A stretch of 64,000 bases of DNA. It comes from Octopus vulgaris. Taxonomy: Eukaryota. Every line of letters begins with the position of its first letter. Positions within the stretch are counted from its first letter, which is position 1. The DNA is taken from the NCBI GenBank assembly GCA_951406725.2, contig OX597825.1, positions 26,474,001 to 26,538,000 on the forward strand. Reading direction: 5' to 3'. The notes under the pieces were generated by a model. That model was given only the letters and a program-made list of their open reading frames with translations. It was not told the DNA's origin and searched no databases. The translations under genes and the position numbers were made by a program. Positions 43,721 through 57,368 of this stretch are shown in pieces.

Positions 43721-45011
43721 ATATATAGATATATATACGAAATATATTTTAGTTAAAATATGTATGCGACATATTTAAGTTCTTAAATCAAACTGCCTGC
43801 CGAGAAGGGAAAGTTCTATCTTGTTGTAAGGTTGTAAGAACACCATATCTGCCCAGTGTTTCCTGTAGTGGATTTGCTTACGGTGTTTCTAGATCCTTAT
43901 CCTTCCTCAATGGCAAATACAAAACCGTTATCTCTCCTTGGTATCTGTCCAGAATTACCTCACTTCCGTATTTATCGGTGAGGAGACCTAAGTTCAAATA
44001 TATTACAAACAGACCTAATGTTCATTTATTCATCATCACTCTTTGTCTCTGATAGCTGATAGTGCTCTCTCTCTCTTTATATATATATATATATATTTAT
44101 TTGTGTGTGTGTGTGCGCGCGAAGATAAGTGTGCGTGTGTGTGAGTCCGTGTATGTGTGTAATGCATATACTAATACGGCACGGAGAAATTTTTAGATAA
44201 TTATGAAACAGACAACATTTTGAGACACGATGCCAGAGAATGGAAATCGTAAAGCGGTAAAGGGTTTATAACCTATAAAGAATGGAAATATAATGCTAAA
44301 AACAATGGGTAAGGAAACGTAGTATGAAAATCAATGCACAAAATAGACGAGAATCTGCCGTGTTGAGTGATGACTTTTCATGAAAAGGACGAAAAATTAA
44401 GACTTGAGAATCAAGAGAATACATCTATCTGTTCTATTTCCCCACTTGTCTAGTCCACCATTGCAGCAAAAAATATATGTATCTGGTATATCTCCTCCGT
44501 TGTCTAAATATATTTAACTGTTATATATCATGCTTTGATCGGTTCACCAATATAAATATATTTAGAAATATAAATATATATAAATATACTTAGAAATTCT
44601 TAGAATATTTTAGCTTAAAGCACTTGCCAAAAGTCAATGGAGATTAAACGTTTACTAGCGTTTCGTTACTAATGTAATGTAATTGAAGACGCTGTGCATT
44701 TTGAAATAAGCTAAGAGGACTAATGTAGCACTTTGCCTGATGTCCAGTTTACCAAATATTTAATGATCATAGTATCATTTATTCGTGAGTGTCTTTCTCA
44801 ATATGTCAAAACTTTTATGAACTGAAAGCTTTGGTATGGACTTAAAATATTTTTATTTTGTTTGTTCTCCAAGCAGTCACATCCACTTTGGGTTTTGTTC
44901 TTGTGTTTTTGATGAGGCTTCTCTATGACAAAGTTATATTTGGTTGATATTTGATAGAAATGTTTACTTAAATGTTTTTCTCTTCATACAGAAGTAATAT
45001 TGCGTGTAAAT

Positions 45012-45286
45012 AAGTCCGTTTTGAATGCCTTCTTCTAGAAATAGACCAACTTCTCCAGCCTAATTCAGTAACTGGTTTATTTCTCCAGTAAATAATAAGA
45101 GGAACACCTTTTACTCGCCAATGTAGCGTTATCATCAACAAATTTTAAAATACACGTCTACACCATGTGGAATTTCGCTAACACGATTATGGCTGAAACT
45201 AACACCATCACAGATGAAAATAACAACGTCACCACCGATGAAACAACTACTTCAGCATTAAGTTATTTAAGAAGACGTGAGTATGC
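45012..45286 (+). repeat. Dispersed duplicate of about 275 bp, copy 1 (copy 2 at 47467-47743)
   Basis: CGTTTTGAA.GCCTTC.TCTAGAAATA...GTAACTGGTTTATTTCTCCAGTAA...AACGTCACCAC.GATGAAA...GAAGACGTGA is shared. Confidence 0.9.
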
Positions 45287-47466
45287 TAGTCAAGAAAAAA
45301 AAACTAGTCATTTTATCGCAGATCCTAACAGCGCTCTATCAATTGGCAAATATGTGAGATGCAATATCTACTTTAACATCTCACAGGGAATTAGTCGTAG
45401 GCAACAACGATAGATTTCAAGGGGGGTAACTGTCATCTCGGATTCTCTTATTGATAGGTGTATGGAAGAGTTTAACGTAACAAACACTGATGCGAAATAG
45501 AAGTACATGTATTCTGCGGCAAAACACATTCAGAATCTGTATATTGACGAATAGTATAAATTTTGGAAGGAAGATCAGCCGATGCATGTATTAGACATTC
45601 AGCTTACAAACATACAGCTGAAGTATTATCTCGGCTCCTTTTTTCTGCAAAATCAGCGGGAATTTTTATTCTATCTAGTAGTTATGGTGTACCTGTTTGT
45701 ATGGTGAGGGCAACTAAAATTATGGGAAGACACTATCCTCGGGGACGCAAGCAGCATGCCTGTACCAACATCGGTTACACTGAGTGATGGTCATTGCTCT
45801 TATCACTGCTACTACGACTATCGCTCTTCTCCATTTTAACACAAGTTATTGCTCAATGGGCTGCAATGCAATCATTTGCTCTGCGACAATGTCGAATTGT
45901 TTGCTGAGTCTGTTTCTCTTCGACAATGCCGCAGTGTTTGCTTCTTGTAAATAATTACATCAAATTACCAACTGTTGCTTTCATGCAAATTATAAAAGGA
46001 AATTCTGTTCAGAGCGTGTTTATGGGCTAATTGTAAAGGCTAGAAGTAACTTGTCATCCAGATCAATAGCTGTGTTTTGGGCCATTTACAGAAACTTTAA
46101 TGAACTAACTAAAATAACTATAGCACCCAGTGAGGCGGATAAATACGTGTTTACTGAAAATATGGACCGACAGATTTATGCTATATACGAGTATACATTT
46201 GTCATCTCTCTTGCTCGTATGTATACATCTTTATATATAAATACATACGTGCATACATACATATACATACAGCAGATACGGACACTCAGGCACACCATCA
46301 CACTCATATATAGATAGTTAGATATTGTAACTCTGTTTAACTCTAAATAAGTCTCCTTCGTATACAACCTGATATTGCGGAAAACAAATTCTGAGAAATA
46401 ATACAAATACGACCTTAGAGGTAGTAGAGCTAGAAAATTGTTGAATAAGAAGCAGATAAATAAATAATGAACATATCACTTGAATTGAGAAGTTTTCGTC
46501 TTTGCCACTGTAATATAATAGAAAATATATGGCTTCTATCAAGACGTCGTGAGCAATCTTCCTTTGAATATACTTCAGGGAAATGATGTCTTAGCCATGA
46601 GATTTATCACATAGATAGACGTACATAATTGGTATTGAATATATTGAATAGTTAGGAAAATAAATAGCACATGTCTGTATATATAATATAGGACAATATC
46701 ACTTAAAGCCACAGAATATTTACAGTTTGTATTGACAATTTTCATGAAACTTTCGACACATCTACGCACAATAATTTCACGTCCACAAATTTACCATCCT
46801 AACACAGATAATTTCTTCAGAGATTACATGTCTGGTATGTGTCGATAAGCAAACAGAATAAAAAAGGAGGACTAAAACAAGCGTAGTAGATTTTGCATAT
46901 TTGGTTTGAACTGGTGGTATGATATTTTAGTTTTAAGTTAGACTTTCTCCGTTTGTGGCCTCGGATCAACCATATAAAGTAAAATACGGAAGGGTACCGG
47001 TGTAAGAACTGTTGTAAATCAGAAATGTCAGCCGGATATGATTATCTCCTGAAATCTTCAATAATAATACATCATATATTTAAATAATTTTTCACTAAAA
47101 AAATTGATACACACACATACACACACGTGCAAACACACATGTACACACACACACACACACACAATGTATGTATGTATATACTTATCTTTCATCTTTTACT
47201 TTTTTCTGCCATTAGACTGCGGCCATGCTGGGGCACCACCTTGAAAACATTTTAGTCGAAAGAAACGACACCAGTAACTATTATATTAGTTTTTTAAAAA
47301 CCTGGTACTTATTTTATGGATGACTTTATGAAATGTAAGGGAAGGAAATACATACATAAAGACATACACCGACCCACACGTGCATACATACATACATACA
47401 TGCATACATAAATGCATGCAATAGCGCCGTCCTCATCGGACGTGCAGGTGTAGACGACCGTTTAAA

Positions 47467-47743
47467 AAGTTCGTTTTGAACGCCTTCCTCTAGAAATATG
47501 CCAGCTTCTCCGGCCTAATTCGGTAACTGGTTTATTTCTCCAGTAACTAAGAAGAGGAACACCTTTTACTCGCCATTGCAGCACTACCCTCAACAAATTT
47601 TAAAATACATATATATACACCAGGTGGAATCTGGCTAACACGATTACGGTTAAAACTAACACAACAGATGAAAGTAATAACGTCACCACGGATGAAAACA
47701 TGACCACTTCAGCAGTAAGTTATTTAGGAAGACGTGAATACGC
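47467..47743 (+). repeat. Dispersed duplicate of about 275 bp, copy 2
   Basis: See 45012-45286. Confidence 0.9.
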
Positions 47744-47980
47744 ATCTTATTTTACTTAGACTCAACAACTAAATCAAGAGTGTGTTTCCAAATTTAGCTG
47801 ACAGTAGCGAATACTGCGGAATACATCCAACTCAAAAACATTTCAAAATTACGATTCGCAAAAAATTCTGCTACTTTCTCGAAAACTACAATCCAGATAC
47901 GGAGCCTTGTATTTTTGTTGGAAACCGGCTGGCTCCTCAATGGAAGATCTATTACAATTTAAAAATACATACATACATAC

Positions 47981-48049
<69 letters not shown>

Positions 48050-48084
48050 CGTGCGTGTATATGTGCATATGTGTGTTTGTTTAC

Positions 48085-48243
48085 AAAGGGTCCTCTCAGT
48101 TTTCGTCCGCTAAATCTTCCCACGAGAATTTGGTCGGCCCGAGGTTAAACTGGTAAGCACTTTCCTAAACTGCTACCCGTCAGACTGAACACACAGCCAT
48201 GTGATTGAAAAGCACACTTCTTAATACACAGCCACAACTTCGC
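48085..48243 (-). mobile_element. SINE family A, decayed 5' half
   Basis: Reverse complement reads GTGGCTGTGTATTAAGAAGTGTGCTT...CCTCGGGCCGACCAAA. Confidence 0.7.
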
Positions 48244-48844
48244 TTATATACACATGAGAGTGTGGTTGTGTATGTTTGTGTGTGTGTATGAATGTGTGTG
48301 TATATGTATGTATTTACATAGGATAAGAAGCACACAGACACGCGCGAACATATATATATATATGTATGTGTGTGTGTGTGTGTGTGTGTGCATGTGTGTG
48401 CGTGTGTGTGTTTATGTATATACACGTATATACATACAGGTAGGCTTATGTTTGTATTGTAAATTTATCTCACAGTTTTCAATGCGACTTGTTATCTATT
48501 CTGGTTTCTTTAAAACTCGATTTTTTTCATTTTGTTTTCACCGTGCTCTGAATTACATAAACATAATCATTTTATTACTTGAAGCATATTTAAAACATCT
48601 TGTCATAAACCACTGATTTCTCAAACTATAATTTAAATATATGAGTTTTCTCATCCATATTTATGTCTCACGTAATATATCTATTAATTTAGATCAGCAT
48701 TCATATAACACTGTCTAGGTTAAAACAGCGTCAGATTTGTTTCTTAGAAAATTTAGAACTAAATTATTTCTTTCTTTATCTAAATGATCTATTATAATCA
48801 TATAGCATATGTATGTATGCACACATGTATACGTGTGTGCCCAT

Positions 48845-48912
<68 letters not shown>

Positions 48913-48975
48913 TTGCATGTAATTGTGTGTGTATATATATGTATGCATATATATATATACATACATATATATATA

Positions 48976-49022
<47 letters not shown>

Positions 49023-49052
49023 GTATATATGTATATATGTATATATGTATAC

Positions 49053-49084
<32 letters not shown>

Positions 49085-50077
49085 TTGTGTATGTACGACC
49101 ATACATGTATATGTATATATGGGGAATGCATGTAGTATTATCGTTTCATAATCTTCGCTTTAATCATACTCATTATCATATTTATCTCATAAAGCCATGG
49201 CAATCATCCACAATGGCAGCCGTATAATCGTGGTTGTTCGGAAGATCGTAATCACACTTTTAATTGTCGTCGTCGTAATATTCACAAAATTTACCCATCC
49301 CAACCTCATCAGCAGCCTGATACTTATCGTTTTCGTGTTCGTCGTCATCGTTGTCGTTCTAGTGATCCTCCTCGATCCATTCCTCTTCATTACCACCATC
49401 ATCTTCGCCGTTGTCACTATTCTCTTTTACCAACAACTTCGATATTTGCATCACAAAAAATTATGATTTTTAGTTGGCTTATTTTTATTACAAGCTTTTC
49501 ATTTCAAATTCCATATTCGCTGTTGATGTTCGGGGTACACATCAAACTTTGTTTTTTTTCTTTAATTTGGCTGAATGCAGACTATATACATACATATGCC
49601 TATATACCATACGCACAAATAATTATATCGGGGGTAAGGGTGTATTTATGCAATTTTTGTGCGATATAAAATTAATTTTTGATTATGTTTACTATCCTCA
49701 TTGTACTCACTGTATATTTTGTATTTCCCATTTCTTCATTTCTTAGTATGAATTGTAAACAATCGATATTGTTCACCAAGAGTAAGTAGAGCAAGATCAT
49801 ATTTACAAGCAGTGAGTATGAAAGAAACATACAAAGGAATGGAAGATCAAAAGGAGAAATGCAGAAGAAAGCTGAATTATTGATGCTTTTTTTTCAGTCA
49901 AAATTAGGAGTGCTGTTATTTTCTTATACCATTATCTTCCAGAAGGGAGCGTGAAGCAAAGTCAAAAATAAAAAAAACTGTGGAGTCAAAAACAGAACGG
50001 CAAAGAATAGCAAAATTTTACTGCCCGCCTTGCTGCTGCTGCGAACAGGACGCTGTCAACATATTTTTGTTGCCCTA

Positions 50078-50471
50078 CTAGCAGTATCGCCCGGAGTTGC
50101 TCGGGTTTGTAAGGGAAATAACTATATAAGCATTTTTAGAGAGTTATAGCAAAAAAATAGCAAAAGAATGCATTAAAAATGGAATAAAAAATGATGGTAA
50201 TTTTTTTTTAATCGTTGACTCATTGTAGACATTTTTAGAGAGTTACTTCCCTTATATAATAGCGAAAAAATGAATTAAAATGGAAAAAATGATGGTAATT
50301 TTTTTTAAATCGTAGACTCATCGTAGACGCGCGCTAATACCCAGAAGGGCTCGATATGAATCACGACTATAAGATACCCGGTTTTGGTTAAACTACACCG
50401 CAAAATGTGGGAGTAGTTAGGAATCTAAATCGTAGGAGACAGACACACAACTTCACTTTTATATATAAAGA
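50078..50471 (-). mobile_element. Non-autonomous Helitron
   Basis: Minus strand A|TCTTTATATATAAAAG...CCCGAGCAACTCCGGGCGATACTGCTAG|T; internal tandem duplication of about 100 bp. Confidence 0.88.
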
Positions 50472-50599
50472 TGTGCCAAAAAGGAAAAACTTGCATATTC
50501 CAAGGACCTAAAATATTTTCATAATCGGACACATATGATTTGTTGCTGAGTCTGGTTTATCTAGTACAATTATGCGGTACTGAGGCGAAAGTATGTTTT

Positions 50600-51330
50600 A
50601 TCCACTCTTTTTTTTACCCGTTTCTGGAAACTCCATTCTTTGCTATTGAACAAGGATGTGTTAAGACTCTTAACCTTACTCTCTAGGACATCAATGATAT
50701 GCACACCTGCCGTGCTTCTCAACTCTTCGTGAGACGCATCCCACCAAACTATAACTGAGGCAGGCTGATGACCTCTTTGAACTTTGTGAGCACCTTTACA
50801 AGCTTCCTTAAAGCTATAGCCTATATCCTGTCATTTTGACGGTTGTAGCTTTTGTCTACTGTAAAAAGAGTGTCATACGTGACACGGATGCTGCTATGAA
50901 CACCGCTTGCATACCAGAGAAGTGATTGGGACTTTGTGATTCTGACCGCTTTCAATGAAAGAGTTAACATGAGTCCTCTACGTCGATGATTGGCAGGCAC
51001 ATCTAGATCATATCTGATAACACTAAACATCGATATGGGTCAAATGTCCATCTTTCTAATCATGATTTTGTCTCCTCAAATGATTCCTTCGAATTCTGGG
51101 TCCCAGAGCTTTAACCTTCTTTGGATTCCTGACAGTGCGAATTTGTCCTTCTCTTGGAATGTCATTGACAGTCTGATGATCTGCCAACCTGTTTATGGAG
51201 AATATCAAAAGAGAAACCAAAATTTGAGATGAAATCAAACCAAAGTGTGTTGCAAGGAATTTCATCATTGTTTGGATTGCAAGTTTTATGATTGGATGAT
51301 GTGCAATCTCATTCTGAACAAACTATTCGT
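50600..51330 (-). mobile_element. maT/DD37D (Bmmar1-like) Tc1/mariner transposase relic
   Basis: Fragments ENRIA..., REGQIRTVRNPKKVKALGPRIRRN, YDLDVPANHRRRGLMLT, FTVDKSYNRQNDRI and QRGHQPASVIVWW occur in the expected order, with frameshifts. Confidence 0.8.
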
Positions 51331-51524
51331 TTTCAAATGCCTGTTATTTTCTCAGCATAATAACACACGAACAATTGCTGGCTACTGCGATATGCACAAC
51401 TTGCTTACAGATTTCATAAAACACAATAATGTCAGAATCATCTAAATTCCGTAATAGTTCTGGCCGACAAGGAATTGATACAGAGATCGATCACTGGAAT
51501 GCAGTTTCGCTTCAGCTCTATAAT

Positions 51525-51830
51525 AAATCACTCGAGAAAAATCGCGATTTATTGAAAAGTTTAGTTCACTGTATTGCAATTTTGGCATGTTAAGTATTAC
51601 AATTTGGAGGATACAATGAAACAGAAGAATCAAACAATAAGGTTAATTTTGTGGCTATATGTGAAGCAGTAACAGAATACAACTATTGTTTCTTGACTTT
51701 CAAGTGATACTTAAAACGAGATCGTTAATTGTATAGCTGCTACAATTGAAGGTGAAATTAAGGCAATAATCGAAGTAAACATTATTTGTTGCTGTTATAT
51801 CGGATGAGACATCCAATGAAATCTCAGGAG
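51525..51830 (+). mobile_element. hAT (Tip100/ZMYM1-like, DUF4371 region) transposase relic
   Basis: NRDLLKSLVHCIAILAC*VLQFGGYNETEESNNKVNFVAICE ... SSDT*NEIVNCIA ... FVAVISDETS, matching the LAFRGHDE..NRGNF..IQNE..DETTD pattern. Confidence 0.75.
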
Positions 51831-52100
51831 ATCAGACTAGCAGTTAGAACAACATCTCAAGTGTCCTTGTGATTTGCACCCTTTCTCCTGTTACGCAATT
51901 TAGAACTAAATAAGCCAGAGCTTTCAGGTCATTCGAAGGGAACAACTTGGCTCTTACGAGCGACAGAACTTCAACAATATTCGGCGATCTCGCATCTTAA
52001 AGATAATTAATGGCTGAGGAATCTGATTTAAGTCAAAATCTATATACACGTCTCTCTGAATTTAATAGCTTATATATGTTGTATTCATGCTCAAACTATA

Positions 52101-52512
52101 GGCGTAGGGGTGGCTGTGTGGTATGAAGCTTGCTTACGAACCACATGGTTCCGGGTACAGTCCCATTTCGTGGCACCTTAGGCAGGTGTCTTCTTCTATA
52201 GCCTCGGGCCGACCAAAGCCTTGTGAGTGGATTTGGTAGACAGAAACTGAAAGAAGCCCGTCGTATATAGGTATATTTATAAAAGTATGTGTGTATATGT
52301 TTGTGTGTCTGTGTTTGTCCGCCCAACATCGCTTGACCACCAAAGCTGATGTGTTCACATCCCCGTAAATTAGCTGTTCGGCAAAAGAAACCGATAGAAT
52401 AAGTGCAAGGCTTACAAAGAATAAGTCCTGGGATCGATTTGCTCGTCTAAAGGCGGTGCTCTAGCATGGCCACGGTCAAATGACTGAAACAAGTAAAAGA
52501 GTAAAAGAGTAA
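52101..52512 (+). mobile_element. SINE family A, full length
   Basis: Collinear with 20850-21304. Confidence 0.9.
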
Positions 52513-52879
52513 ACTTCACAGAAATGTATCTGATGTTAAATGTTCGCGAGGTTTGATCCTGTTTGTAATATGCACAGCCACGCTAATCTCACACCACGGC
52601 GACAATATCAACATTTTTTTGCGGGCGAGGGAGTTCAACGTCAGGAATACACTTTGAAATATCGAGCGAACTTTTTTGAGCACCGGTAAACGGAATATCT
52701 GAGCGAATCAATATGGTTTCAAAAACTGCTAATCATTTAAACTTAACATATTTTAGGACTGTGACGGATCTCCTTGCACGTGCAAATTCTGAAGCACCTC
52801 TATCCACTGGATTTTCCAATACGGTTGAAAATAGGGCATATTTATTAACCCCATTAAAACTAGTTTTGTGCCGCTTTTT

Positions 52880-52944
52880 TACTACTACTACTACTTATAA
52901 TAATGACAACAACAACGACAATAGGAATAATAATAATAATAATG

Positions 52945-53025
<81 letters not shown>

Positions 53026-53455
53026 GTAAGCAGAAGAAGAAGAAGAAGAAGAAGAAGAAGGAGATGAAGAGGAAGAAGAAGAAGAAGAAGAAGGAGGAGG
53101 AGGAGGAGAAGAAGAAGAAGAAGAAGAAGAAGAAGAAGAAGGAGATGAAGAAGAAGAAGGAGATGAAGAAGAAGAAGAAGAAGGAGGAGGAGGAGGAGAA
53201 GAAGAAGAAGAAGAAGGAGGAGGAGGAGAAGAAGAAGAAGAAGAAGGAGGAGGAGGAGGAGAAGAAGAAGAAGAAGAAGAAGGAGGAGGAGGAGAAGAAG
53301 AAGAGAAGAAGAAGAAGGAGGAGGAGGAGGAGAAGAAGAAGAAGAAGAAGAAGGAGGAGGAGGAGGAGGAGAAGAAGAAGAAGAAGAAGAAGAAGAAGAA
53401 GAAGAAGAAGAAGAAGAAGAAGAAGAAGAAGAAGAAGAAGAAGAAGAAGAAGAAT
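52880..53455. repeat. Compound (AAT)n + (AAG/GAG)n microsatellite
   Basis: Direct reading. Confidence 0.95.
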
Positions 53456-53714
53456 GGGAAGAAGAACTGCGAATCGGGACTGAACTCCGGAGGAATGTTT
53501 GGATGATAATACGGAACCAACTTCCAGTCACCTGTCGGCTGCTGAGAATCATGATCTTGGCCCCCAATACATAAAATTACGAAAAGAGCACGGCTAACTC
53601 ATTGGTAATGGTAGCTCTGCAGTTTTGGTTGATAATATTACTAGAGTTGATGTCTCGATAACAATATTGGTTGATAGCTAGCCTTAAAACAGAAAACCCA
53701 TTGTTGAGTAAAAA

Positions 53715-54040
53715 TGACCCGGTGAATATATTGTGCAGTTCTATTATGCCTGTTGAGATACTCTATAGGCGCAAAATGACTGCACTTGGAGACAACATGA
53801 TCAATGGTTTCATTTTGTTGTAGACATAAACAACATGGGCTACTGCCGTTCTTTAATATGATGGCCTGGTAGTTTCTTGTAGGTAGGCATTGATCTTGGG
53901 CTGCTATGATAAACCCTTCCGTTTCTGATTTTAAGCCAGAATACACTAACAATTTATGGGTAAGGGCTTTGTCAACATCGGCTTTATAACTCGCTTTGGG
54001 TATTTGCCATTCAGAGGTATTTCTTGCCATTTATCAGTAA
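53715..54040 (-). mobile_element. R4/Dong-clade internal fragment (post-RT / zinc knuckle)
   Basis: LKSETEGFIIAAQDQCLPTRNY...C..C...ETIDHVVSKC...YLNRHN. Confidence 0.85.
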
Positions 54041-54127
54041 GAATATCTAGGAATATCTAAGGCAGCAGTTGTTGTTGTTGTTATTATTATTATCATTATC
54101 ATCATCATCATCATCATCATCATCACC

Positions 54128-54234
<107 letters not shown>

Positions 54235-54239
54235 CTACT

Positions 54240-54500
54240 GCCATTGTATTGAAACTCACAGCTTATATTGCTGGTGATCATAGAAAGTGCCAGCAATTCA
54301 CAGTCAGCAGACTAAGGTGACACTTGTTTTACTGGTCACGTTTGAAGAACCCATCGAAGAATTCTTGAAGTTCCAAGCAATGCTGATTTTTATAGCTGTA
54401 CTACCTTCACACTTGCTCCAATCTTTTTCAGCCGTGTTGGTCGTTGAGTGCTGATACTTCCAAGTGCACCAGTTATTATTGGTATCACCAATACTATACA
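54240..54500 (-). mobile_element. R4/Dong-clade extreme 3' end, ending in (TAG)n
   Basis: IPIITGALGSI...L*KSALLGTSRILRWVL followed by a short UTR. Confidence 0.7.
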
Positions 54501-54519
54501 AATTACTATTGCTATCACG

Positions 54520-54699
54520 TCTGCTCTCGTCTGTCAGTGAGTTTGAGTTCAAATCCTGACGAGTTCGAAATTGCTTTTCATACATTCTGAGCCGATATAT
54601 AAAGAGCCAGTGAAACACTGGGCTCGATGTAATCAACTTAATCCTTTCTCCGAAGCTGTCTATGGGAGAGGGGATTTGGAATCGTCATCATCATCATCA

Positions 54700-54763
<64 letters not shown>

Positions 54764-54776
54764 GTCATTATTATTA

Positions 54777-54825
<49 letters not shown>

Positions 54826-55075
54826 CATTATCATCATTATTATCATTATCATTATTATTATCGATGTGATAATGTGGCAGAATCATCAGTACTCTAGCCA
54901 AAACACTTACTAGCATATTGTGCGTCTCTATGTCCTCAGTTCAAATTCCAGTGAGGTCGAATTTGTCTGTCATCGTTTTGGGGTTGATAAGTACCAGTTG
55001 AACACTGGAGTTGGTTTAATCAACTTGGCTCTTCCCAGAAAAGTGCTGGCCTTGTGCTAGAATTTGAAACCAATA
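54520..55075 (+). mobile_element. Two decayed SINE family B copies separated by (ATT)n
   Basis: GAGTTCAAATCCTGACGAG.. at about 54545 and GTTCAAATTCCAGTGAGGTCGA at about 54940. Confidence 0.65.
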
Positions 55076-55713
55076 TTATTATAATAATGGTTATTGGTTT
55101 TATGCTGTTGATACAGCTTATATTCATTTTTGAAATTTTAAGATATTATTATTTCATTAATTCTTATAAAGCATGTGTATTATTTATTTTGCTTTTTTTT
55201 TAATAAAACCTATTCTTCTGAGGAAAAATATATTGAGGATGAATCAATATCAAAACAGTCTGTGATTTCTTAAGACAAACCCAAATATGTGTCACAAAAA
55301 TTCAATAAATATCAGTTTTATTTTAATGAGATATCACCATGTTAGACTTTTTTTTATTTCAAATAAATCAGTCCAGTTTTTCTTAGATATTTTGTTCACG
55401 ACATATTTGAAACGTATAAAACAAATAAAAATGTAATTATAATAGTATTCTTCGATTTATATCGAGAACCAAATGAAAAGTTGGGCACAGTTATTTAAAA
55501 TGTCCAATAATAAAATATTTTAAATATATATCTCAAATATAAGCACAAATATGTATGCATATGCGCGTGCATATACCATTGTGAATTTGTTTATAAATAT
55601 ATATGTTTGCGCGAGGCGTGTGTGTACACATACCTGCACACAAATAAGTTGTAAATAACTAAATGCATATGTGTGTATATATGTATATATACATAAATAT
55701 ATGTGCATATATA

Positions 55714-55762
<49 letters not shown>

Positions 55763-55814
55763 ATGTATATATATGATATAATATATATATATATACATAG
55801 AAATATATATATAC

Positions 55815-55957
<143 letters not shown>

Positions 55958-55979
55958 TATATTTATATGTATATATGTC

Positions 55980-56025
<46 letters not shown>

Positions 56026-56429
56026 TATTTCGGGTATATAAAGTTATTGGAAATTATATAAATACAAGAAGAGAAAAGAAAGAGGGAATATGATTGCAAA
56101 CAAAAGACAGGGAAATTATCTTGGAACAAAGCATAAACAATACCTAAAAGAATCAGTCATAGAAAACAAGTAATTAGTAACATCGCAATATAGTTACCGA
56201 TAACAAAACAAAAATACAATGTATAGTAAAACTTTCTGAACGTAATTATTCTTTGTTTCTGAAGAACAATAGAAATCGAAGTTGTATTTGAAATAATGTG
56301 AAAGTGAAAGTAAGTGATGGAATTCAGTATGATTGTGTTGATCGTGTCGACGATAATGATGGTGATGGTGATTATGACGCCGAATATAATACAACTATTA
56401 ATAGTAAATAACAGTATAGATATACAAGC

Positions 56430-56512
<83 letters not shown>

Positions 56513-56543
56513 GTTATTATTATTATTGTTATTATTATTATTA

Positions 56544-56578
<35 letters not shown>

Positions 56579-57368
56579 GTTATTATCTCTATTATTAATA
56601 TTATTATTATTATTTTAATTATCTCTATTATTAATAACAATAATATTAATAATAATAAAAACAATAATAATCATAATAACAACAACAACAACAACAGCAA
56701 CAATAATTATCTCAATAGTAATAATCAATATTTTAAAGAATTATATTAACAATAATAATAATATCTATTAGTGTTAATAGTAATGCTGATAATGATATTG
56801 GTAACGACGTTGAGAATGATGATGATGATGATGTCGATGATGATGTTGATGACGATAATGAGGAAGGGATGACCTTGACAAAAATAGGGTTGATGCGAAA
56901 ACGCGATGTTTATGAGTGTGGTCTAAAAATAAGATATACCAAAGCGAATCAAGTGCGAATCCAGACGAAAATTAAGAAAAATGACGTTGTAGTAGAAATG
57001 TACGAATCGGACTCCGTTATATTGTGCATATTGTAATCTGTTACTTGTAAATTACAGTTGATAATCTTCAATGTTGGTCAATTTAAGCCATTTACCTTTT
57101 GGCAAATGTTACCTATTTTACGATTATGTAGCATTTCTATCCAACAGTAGTTTGTAATTTTTGTGATCATTATATCGGTGTTTAACTGACAGCCGATAGT
57201 GAAGGCTGACTCAAGGCGCGCATCTTATACCAATTACCCGGCCAAATATTTCCCCCTAAATCTATGCTCAGTACATACGCCCCTAATTACTGCTGGGGTT
57301 TGTTTGACAATACCCTGCCTATGGTGTATGAATCCTCCTCCTCCTCCTCATCCCTCCTCCTCATCCCC

